Assembly: GCA_051294375.1 (NCBI GenBank)
Contig: CM119266.1
Coordinates: forward strand, 18,284,087 to 18,348,086
Length of the DNA stretch: 64,000 nt
Direction: 5' to 3'
From: Paraspadella gotoi
Taxonomy: Eukaryota; Animalia; Chaetognatha
Below are positions 43,731 through 64,000 of this stretch, piece by piece. Made by a program: the position numbers and the translations under genes. The notes under the pieces were generated by a model, which was not told the DNA's origin, ran no database searches, and saw nothing but the letters and a program-made list of their open reading frames with translations. The first letter of the stretch is position 1. Each line of letters begins with the position of its first letter.

Positions 43731-45775
43731 TAGACCTTGCCATATATGAAAAGTTTTGAAATCAAAAAACGAGTATTGTGTAAAAGGTGCCCATACATCA
43801 TATGAATTTTTTGAACATTTTTTTTCAAAAAAAAATTTACAGTAAATGCTGCCAACTTTGAAAAAAATGAAAAAAAATGGTAAAAAATGGACTTTTTGCT
43901 AAATATCTTTAAAAGCTTTATTGCTAGAGGGACGAAACCCAAACTATCTTGTAGAGTGGAAAAAATTGACTTGTTACATACCTCGTATTATAAATTAAGT
44001 TAGTTTTTTACTAAGGAAAATTTTTTTTAAAACCTATTGTTTTGGGCAATTTTTGATAAAATTTTTAAAAAATGATATTTTTAACAATGTTTGTGAAATA
44101 TTTTGTAAAAAAAATTATGGCGAATTGAATAAAGAAATAATTGCCTTTGTTTTGCTGAAAGAATTTTAAAAAAAGATTATCGGTTAAAAAGTTATAATTT
44201 TTTTAAATTTAAAAAAAATCATTTTTCTTAATAATTATTTTTATTTAATAGGTTTGAACTAGGCTAAAGGGAAAAAGGGAATGCACTTTTTTCAGAGTAA
44301 ATAAAAAAATAGTAAATTCTTATTTGACAATGGGTAACTTTAATATTTTGTCTCACTAGGTCATTAAAGTTTTTTTTAACTTTTTATCATTTTATAATGG
44401 AATTATGGGTTTTAAATAAGTAGTTTTTTTAATTTTTTTCTATATAAAGAAAAAGAAAAATTAACAAAAGCGATTAAATGATTAAAAATTGATAAAATGA
44501 GACAAAAAAAGCATCTGAGAGAAGAGTTGCTTGCTGTTTACCGATCGAGAAAAAAAAAAAGTCATCATCTAGAGTGCCAAAGAAAGAAAACTAGTTATTC
44601 TATTTTTTTCATAAATTACCTTTGTCAAGCTAGTTCTCCAGAACTGAGTTGAATTATAATTTGTGTTAAAAATATTGCTTAATCAAAAGTTGTAAAAGAT
44701 TTGGAAAAATATATTAAGCTTGCTTGATAAATTTAAGAATAGATCCAACTGTTGATAAATTCATCAACTATAAAAGATATGAAATGAATAAAAATCAAAG
44801 ATGAATTAAAAATAATATTTCAAAACTAAATCGACTATTTACAATAGACTTAATTATTAACTATAAATCATGAATAGATAACAAAAAAATAGAATAACTA
44901 GTTTTCTTTCTTTGGCACTATACCTTTTTTTTCTCGACTGGCAAGCAGCAAGCAACTCTTTTCTCAGTTATTTAACTTTCATTAATTTTACTCTTTTTGT
45001 CTCATTTTATCAATTTTTAATTTTTTTATCGCTTTTTGTCAATTTTTCTTTTTTCTTTTATATAGAAAAAAAATTAAAAAACTACCTTATTTAAAAGTCA
45101 TAATTCCATTATAAAATAATAAAAATTTAAACAAAACTTTAATGACCTGGTGAGACAAAATATTAAAGTTACCCATTGTCAAATAAGAATTTGCTATTTT
45201 TTATTTACTCTGAAAAAAGTGCATTCCCTTTTTCCTTTAGCCTAGTTCAAACCTATTAATAAAAATAATTATTAAGAAAAGTGATTTTTTTTTAAATTTA
45301 AAAAAAATTATAACTTTTTAACCGATAATCCTTTTTAAAAAATCTTTCAGCAAAACAAAGGCAATTATTTTCTTTCATTCGCCATAATTTTTTTTTACAA
45401 AATATTTCACAAACATTGTTAAAAATATCATTTTTTAAAAATTTTATTAAAAATTGACCAAAACAATAGGTTTTAAAAAAAATTTTCCTTTAGTAAAAAA
45501 CTAACTTAATTTATAATACGAGGTATGTAACATAGTCAATTTTTTCCACTCTACAAGAAAGTTTGGGTTTCGTCCCTCTAGCAATAAAGCTTTTAAAGAT
45601 ATTTAGCAAAAAGTCCATTTTTTACCATTTTTTTTCATTTTTTTCAAAGTTGGCAGCATTTACTGTAAATTTTTTTTTTTTTTTAAATGTTCAAAAAATT
45701 CATATGATGTATGGGCACCTTTTACACAATACTAGTTTTTTTGATTTCAAAACTTTTCATATATGGCAAGGTCTA
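43731..45775. mobile_element. 2045-bp non-autonomous foldback element, hAT-like
   Basis: ~880-bp inverted arms (43731-~44610 and ~44885-45775), termini TAGACC...GGTCTA, and a perfect 8-bp TSD CTCGATAT (43723-43730 and 45776-45783). Confidence 0.92.
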
Positions 45776-47209
45776 CTCGATATCCTGTGTGTGAGTAAAA
45801 AAATGTGTGATTGAGTTGGAAATGATGTTTGGATGAAATCAACCAAGTCGAAATGATTTTTTTCCCCTTTCAAGTAAATATAAATGCAGACTGTAACAAT
45901 AATAAATACAATTACCACAACCCCAACTACTTCCATAACCTCCACAATGACCAAGTTTGTAAAAACAATATAGAGAGTATTGATAATAAGATCGATAAAG
46001 ATTAACGTGCCGGTGAGAACACCAATAGCCGAATTCAAAGTTTCGTAAACCAAGGGAACTGATTGAAAAATCTCCAAGACCCATTGGGCACATTTAGTGT
46101 GGGGGCTATCCACACTTCCAGAGAGGGACGGCGACCCTCTCTCCTCTTGGTCACTTCAAGCTCCTTGTATTAGATGCTCGTATGGAGTTAAATATAGTTT
46201 TTTCCTATCTAACATTTATCTAACATTTTTAGAAACATTTCTTTAAAGACATTATTCCACTTCATTTACAGGAAGACAGGAACTCTGGGAGTAAATAAAC
46301 TATTTATATTTATTATGGATGGATACCTTAACCCTTAGCCTGTCCAAAGCAAGATAGCTTATTCATTGAATTGTTGGTTGTACTCACAGAACTGAACAAC
46401 TGAAAAAAAAAAAGAAACTTTCTTTCTTTCTTTTTGTTTATTCTTTTTTTCCTTTATTTTTTTCCCTTTTTTTTTCTATTGTTCTTATTGCTTTTCGTTC
46501 CTTTCCTTTCCTTTCCTTTCCTTTCCTTTCCTTTCCTTTCATATTCTACTCTATTCTATTCTAATCTATCCTTTCTCTATCTTTTCTTTTCTTTTCTTTT
46601 CTTTTCTTTCTGTTTCTTTTCTTTTTCTTTTCTTTTCTTCTTTTTTCTTTTCTCTTTTTTCTTTTTTTCTTTCCTCTTCTATCCTTTCTCTTTTTTTAAT
46701 TTTCTTTTCTTTTTTCTTTTTTTACATCGTTCTGGTGACTTTGACTCGGAACGACGCGTCACGATTCCACGTCGTCTTTGTAGTCGTCGTCGTTGCCAGA
46801 GTCGTCGACGTCGTTTCCGTGACTCTCGCTGCGTTGCCAAGGCGACGACGACGACGACGCCGACGACGACGACGACAACGAAGGAAATTTCTTTGGTCGT
46901 TGACTTTAAAAAAGCCTCACCGAATTTTTTTTATTCTCTCTCGTGGTTTTTAATCTTTGACACTAACTATACTACAAATATTTTAATTTTTTAAAAATAA
47001 AAAACGCCATCCCAAAAAATTATTCAAAAATATCGAACAATGTGAAAAAAATATTTAATTAGCGATAAATATCAAAATTGAACCGAAGAAAAAAATGTTA
47101 TGACAAAATAATCTTAGTTCGCTATTTATTTTAATAATATATTGTAACACAAACTGACGAAATTTTTATCGATGATGTAAGATTTCGTGAAATGCAATAG
47201 GAGCGTTGA

Positions 47210-47303
<94 letters not shown>

Positions 47304-47697
47304 CCTCCCTTTCTCTCTCTCTTTCTTTCGCTCTCATTCCCTCTATCTCCCCTCCCTTACTCTCTCACTCTCCTAATATAGAAAGCCGGCCCGCGATTCT
47401 TGCAGATGCCGACAGATGCGGACAGATGCCATGAAAGCGAAACGATTGGCACCCGCGACGCTTAAGTGGAGATGCCACGTGCGTCGCCTTCGGTTGTATC
47501 AAATTCGCTCAAAAGCGGAGAAGTATGAGTTCGCACAGAGATCTTCTGATCGCAATAAATGCGAGCCGAGGAAAAGAGACAAGGAATACAATTTAATTAA
47601 ACTGTTATACATTCATACATTTCATTAAACTGTTATACAGTTATATGAAACTGATCCTTCAGTTGACGCTGAAAAGAAAAAGAAAAAGATTGTGAAT

Positions 47698-47763
<66 letters not shown>

Positions 47764-48514
47764 CGTCAATGAGAGTCGCTGATTCTTTGAGTCTCTTGGA
47801 TCCTAAATTGCTTTGACGACGACGACGACGACGACGACGACGAGGATAACGACGCCGACGACGACGACTATACAGATGGAAATATCTTCTTAAAACTCAG
47901 TTGACTGTGATAACGACAGTCACAGTGAGTCAGTGACATTTACGACGATGACAACGACGAGGATCTTTCTCAAGCGACTCTTTCAGTTTCTCTCTTAAAT
48001 CAGTTTCCTCCATCGTTGAGATCTTTCCTCTTCTTTCTCACTTCATTCTCAACCGACACAAATTTCTCCACTTATCTCAAGCTTTCAATTCTCTCCTCAC
48101 CAACACTTTCTTTCTCAACCAAGACTTAACTTCAGAAAAGACACTTCCTTTCTCAACCAATAGATCATCTTTCAACCAACATTGCTCTCTTAATCAACAC
48201 TTTCTTTTATCAACCAATGCTCTATTCCCAATCGACGTTCCCTTCTCAACTCATAAATTCTCTTTCAATCAACACTACTATTTCTATCAACACTTTTCTC
48301 TCAAGAACACTGTATTTGCAGTTCCTTTCTTGGGTCCAATCTTTGCTCCTCCTTTTGCTCTTTTCTTTACTCCTCCTTTTGCTCTTTTCTTTGCTCCTCC
48401 TTTTGCTCTTTTCTCTCTCCTGCTCTTGGTCTATCCTCTTCTTTTTCTCAGCTCTTTTCTTCGACCATAATATTTCCTTCTCTTTTTCCGTTTCCTCGTT
48501 GTTAGAGAGAGAGA

Positions 48515-48601
<87 letters not shown>

Positions 48602-49792
48602 CGACGCGTTGCTAAGGCGACGAAACTGGGGAGAAACCGCGCGATTAAACTCCCAAGGAAAACAAAAATAAACAACGAAAGAATAAAAACTGGAAAACAA
48701 AGACGAAAAAAAAACGAAGCAGAAAAAAGCAAATGATTTTGTGATGAGAGAAAGAAAATGAAAAAAATGAACGGAAATAAAAAAAAGAATGAAAGAAGGA
48801 ACGAAATAACAAAGAATCATAAGAACGAATGAAAATACGAACGAAAGAAAGAAAGAAAGAAAGAAAGAACAAATGAAGGACTCACGAACTAAAAAAAAAA
48901 CAAACAAGCAAGTTACAACCAATGAACAATCTAAGGAAGAGACAAATCAAAAAAACTTAAGAACGAAAAAATTTTATTGGAGATTAAAAAGAAGCAATAA
49001 AATGAAGAAAAGAATAAACAAAGGAAACAAAAAAATAAACTACCGAAAAACAAACTGATGAGCCAACAAATGTAGGATGAAACAACCAACCAACCAACGA
49101 ATCAACCAACAAACCAACCAACCCACCAACCAACCAACCAACCAACCAACCAACGAATCAACCAACCAACCAACCAACGAATACAACGAGAGAGCTCGTA
49201 ACGTTCTCTGACGTAAAAGGAATCAGCGATGTGAAAAAGTTTTTTTTTCTTAGAGACAAAAACAAAGAAGAAACGTAAAGAGCGAATGAGAAATAAAATG
49301 AACAGCAGCGCAGAGAGTCGTGAATAAAATCAAAATCGGCAGCGCATAGAACATCAGCAATAAATAAAAACAAAAGCGGCAGCAATAAATAAAAACAAAA
49401 GCGGCAGCGGAGCGAGCAGCAGTTATAAATTAAAACAAAAGCGGTACTAAAGTGGTAAAGCAATATAGATTGGTACTTCGAGACATTCCAAATTTTGGTA
49501 TCACAAATTGTTAGTACATTTATGAATAGTAGAAAAATCAAACATCTTTACTAATTTGCTTAAAAGAATACGATAATAAATTGTTTTTTTTGCATTTCTA
49601 AGCAAAAATTCCTTTAATGAAGATATATAAAAATTTAAATGTTTGATTTATTTTGTCATCAGTGACGTATTTTAGTTAAAAAGCTTCCGCTAAATTTAAT
49701 AAACACATCTATAACATTAATAAATTCAACGACACCACCAAAAGCAACAACTACAACAGCAGCAGCAGCAGCAGAATCAGCGGCAGAGGAAA

Positions 49793-60116
<10,324 letters not shown>

Positions 60117-60513
60117 TGATTGATGCTGCTGGTCGTTGATTTCTTGTTGATGATAATGATAATTTTTATGCAAAGTATGTTGTTGATAATGTTATTGTTG
60201 TTGTGGTTGCGTTTGATGTTGATTTCGTTGTGATGATATTGTTCTGGATGTTGTTGTTGTTATTTTTTAATGTTTATGCCTTCTTAGTTAATGTGGTAGT
60301 TTATTTTGCTTAAGGTGATTCGTGTTTGAAAAAAAAATGATATGCCTTAAGGAGTGTAACGAAAAAAATTCCTTTGAACAACAATTTATTATGTTCAAAC
60401 AAATTTTTTTCGTTACGCTCCTTAAAATTACACAAACAACAACAAAAAAAAGATCGAATAAAATGAAAAAAAAATCGCAAAACAAAAACTTATGAGCATA
60501 AAATAAAATAATA

Positions 60514-60569
<56 letters not shown>

Positions 60570-60572
<3 letters not shown>

Positions 60573-60936
60573 GAATGGATAATTTTTATATTGGTTGTAC
60601 CAATTTCATAAAATTCAGCTCCTTGTATTTTGATGCTAGTGCGGAGTACAATAAGTATTCCCCGATCTAATACTTAAGGGAGTGGTCTTTTCATACAATT
60701 GAAACATTCTTTGAAATATTTTCCACTTCATTGATAAGGAAGCCAGGTAATCTGGGAGTAAATAAACGGGACTGTGAGAGAGTCTTGATTGAAAGCTTGC
60801 AGGGACCTGCTATGTAATTATCTTGTAAGAGTGATGGAGGCCTTAAACCACCAAAGCCTGTCCAAAGTCAGGGGCAAGATAGCTTATTTATTAAATGAAT
60901 GGATAATTTTTATATTGGTTGTACCAATTTCATAAA
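60570..60936 (+). repeat. Dispersed repeat family member with ~40-bp terminal direct repeat
   Basis: AATGGATAATTTTTATATTGGTTGTACCAATTTCATAAA occurs at ~60574 and ~60898. Related pieces lie at ~31960-32125 (minus), ~46160-46385 and ~18320-18450 (minus). Confidence 0.65.
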
Positions 60937-62797
60937 GGAAAACAAATTTGAAAGAAAATGTGAGAAAAGAAATTCGCTCACGCGAAATCATAGAGGAGAA
61001 CGCGTGACGAAGAGAGAGGACCTGTAATGGAGAGAAATGAAATCAAATGAAAGAAAATTAGATTTAAAAACGAAAGAAAATTAGATTTAGGTAGGGAAAA
61101 AAATTAAGGAAATGAAAGGGAAAGGGAACTAAAATTAAAAAATGTAAAAATTAAATATTTTTTCCACATTACAATTACGAGGGTTCTACTGCTTAAATAA
61201 ATTACGGCTCTATGTATGTATAATACTATAATGTTATATAATAATGTTATATAATAATGTTATATTGCTTGTTTTTGATGCTCAACACGTAATGTTGTTG
61301 ATTTTGTATTCCTTATTCATAGAGAATCCTTTGGTTGATGTTTTCTGGTTTTTTCGGTTGTTGTTCGCAATGTGAAGAATAGCCGAGGAGAGTGCCTGGA
61401 CAAATAAGAGAGAGAGAGAGCGAGAGACAGCGAGCGAACGCTGGATCTCTGCATAAAGTCCCAGGATTCCTAAACTATCAGGATTCACAAAACCGAAACG
61501 AAAACTTCCCATCGATCACAATGATTCACCAATTGCACCATAGATCTTTAACGACCCCCCAATGATGCACCATAGATCAGGCTCATCCATTAAGATGCAT
61601 AATTTATCACCCGAGACGCTAAATTACCAAGTCTGTGGTGAGCAGGAATTTATGGCCAAAACGATTTTCCTTTCTTATCCGTTTTGCTTAAAGGTCTTCG
61701 ATGTCTTTATCTGACAGGATGACATTTGCTAAATCCAAAATGTCATTTTGTGATACAACTTTTTTTGGCTGAGAGTGTCAAGAATTGGCGCAAGTAAAAT
61801 AGATGTAAAAATGTAAAAAAAATTGTATATCTTTCCAACAATTCTCATATCGATGTTATTCACACAGTTCCAGTCAACTCTGTGACTGTGAGATGGAAAA
61901 CGTAAACATTCGCTTGGTGATAAATTTTCTCTTTGTCGATATTAGCCACGTCACTGCGTAAAAGCTTAAGAAATAGCGAGAGAGAGAGAGAGAGTTGGAC
62001 GGTCAGGTATCTTGGAGACTCATGGAGACTCAAGGTCTCGTGATAAAAAATCCATTTTGGTTTTGACCTCAGCTGAGGGCATTGGGGAAGGATTGTAGGG
62101 CATTGAAGAAGAATGGTAGGGCATTGGAGAAGGATTGTAGGGCATTGTGAAAAAAAGGGAAAGGCATTGTGTGAAAAAGCGGCATTTAGGAAGGATTTCC
62201 ATATGGTCAGTGGTCAAGTGACTATACAAATGTGAGACATTACCCAGTCTTCAAAGTCGGCGCAAATAGTTTTAGTAACAAATGGTAGAGAAAAAGAAAA
62301 AAGAAGATAAAAATAGAAAGGCGACTTCATCATATAATTTTTTATCGATAGTCAGTCACCGATGGTGATAAAAAATAACAGATGTGACCAGCAACGCGCT
62401 CAACGCCGGTTCTTGCTGATAATTGCTCAAATTTTATTGGCGCGGAAAATGTGTCATTATTTGACGCAGAAATCGAATCATCTGCGTCACAGAAAACGAA
62501 TTCGATTTTCGATATATCGAATCCGGGAAATCAAAGACTGAAGAGATAAGATTTGAAAGAAAGAGAGCGCGTTCTCCGAATTATGTCGAGTGAACCAAAT
62601 AAATTCTAATAAAACGGTATTGGTTTCTTTTTTCTCTGCAACCTTCGAGATCTGCGTTCCTATCGTTTTGAACTTTAAAGAAAATACTTAAGGTACATCA
62701 AATTACAGTTAAATTTGTTTCAATTAATTTGATATGTTTTGTTTATGCATATGTGTTTATAGAAATTACGAATAAATTGCAGAAGAAACTCATTTTT

Positions 62798-63440
62798 TTA
62801 GTCGGATCTGCTTTCAGCAGATCCCGACTATAATTCACTTTGTCGGTCCGTCCCCTCAATCTTGTCGGTAAATCACTTTCAACATGTCAGAACATCGAAT
62901 TATGATAAATTATGCAAAAAAACGATGTCCGTCTGTCCATCCATCCGTCCCACCTTAGCGAAAAACTCCAATTACTGGTGATTCGGTGGTTGAATTGGAA
63001 TGAAATTCTGTCTGTGGGTAAGAAAATGTGTGATGAAGCTGGATATAAAATTTCGATGAAATCGTACGAGCGAAAATAAGTTTAAATAAAAAAAATAAGT
63101 CGCATTTACTAAAATCTTTTTACTTATTTTAACTAATAATTACTTTAATCTTAATTGAATTAATTGATTGAGATGAAAGTTTGTGAAGAAGCAAAATATA
63201 AAGTTTTGATAGAATTGTGCCAGTGGAAATGAGTTTAAATGGAAAAAATATAAGTCACATTTACTTTAATCTTTATTATTTACGATTGTTTTAATTAATT
63301 AATGTGAAAAAATAATACAATTTTTAAAAAAATGATGCCAGTTAAAAAAATTGTTTTTAAAATTGTGATTTATCATCTGATTAGCTGATAACTGCTTAAT
63401 TTTCGTAAGCAGATCCGACATAGTTTGCTCAAGCTTTTTT
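62798..63440 (+). mobile_element. Helentron-associated (DINE/HINE-like) non-autonomous element
   Basis: 5' inverted repeat GTCGGATCTGCT...AGCAGATCCCGAC, an internal (GTCC/GTCT) tract, a 3' subterminal AGCAGATCCGAC plus short hairpin, and T-runs on both sides. A related copy at ~43615-43730 + 45784-45860 is split by the hAT-like element. Confidence 0.65.
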
Positions 63441-64000
63441 TTTTCCCTCTTGCAAGTTTTGATTTAAATTAGACCCTTGAAAGCAAGAAAAAAAATTAGG
63501 AAAACAATGCCAGATCTGCTCGCAATCAGCTAATCAGATGATTAATCTTAAAATCTTTATTTAATAGACTAGAATTAAATATTTCGGCCAAGATTCCGAA
63601 GGTTAGCGTAAAATAATGTAATGTATTAAAAAGGGCACGGCCAAACGCGTTTCCTCTTCGACCTCGCGCTAAATTCGCGGGAAAAAAAAAGGTAAAATTA
63701 TCTTCTCGAAACTCTCGTCGTCGATTGGTCAAAGGCAGCCAATCCAGAGCCAGGGAAGAAGCTCACATTGTTGCGATCCAAAACGCGAAGGAGAACCGCG
63801 CGGCCCAACGCAGAAACAAGAATCTACTATCATCAATATTTATAGTTTTTTTTAATTTTAACTTGCCAACATTTTTTTAGTTTATTTTTTTCACGTTGTG
63901 GCCTTAATAAATATATTTGCTGTATTTAACTACTATCACTATTGTTGTTCACTTTAAGGCATTTGTTACGAAATAACGATCTTTTATAGTTTTTAACAGT

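Noticed and set aside
43730-45814. Duplicated ORFs beginning MGFVPLAIKLLKIF on opposite strands
   Set aside because: They are by-products of the two arms of the foldback element, have non-ATG starts, and show no protein hallmarks.

Overview
AT-rich, intron-containing animal (invertebrate-type) DNA with signs of an imperfectly polished long-read assembly (10-N gaps, homopolymer frameshifts). The dominant feature is a ~10.2-kb, apparently full-length Ty3/gypsy-type LTR retroelement (4555-14770). It has ~300-bp LTRs that lack TG...CA ends, a tRNA-Leu-type PBS, a PPT, gag, and pol (PR-RT-RH-IN). Pol carries an unexpected OTU-like insert lacking the catalytic residues, plus an AT-hook-like motif, between RNase H and integrase. 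A hairpin array precedes an intact env that resembles chuvirus G / class III fusion proteins. The element sits directly against the 5' exons of a MYT1/ST18-like CCHHC zinc-finger gene. Other host genes reconstructed by eye are a LIM-RA-SARAH RASSF, CDC6, a CRIP-like single-LIM gene, two C2H2 zinc-finger genes (one preceded by a degenerate nuclear-receptor DNA-binding exon) and the 5' part of an MFSD6-like transporter. Repeats include Tc1/mariner-type MITEs, a 2-kb hAT-type foldback element, Helentron/DINE-like elements, SINEs, RLE-LINE 3' remnants, a 26-27 bp minisatellite and microsatellites. All family assignments come from motif recognition by eye; no database searches were run.
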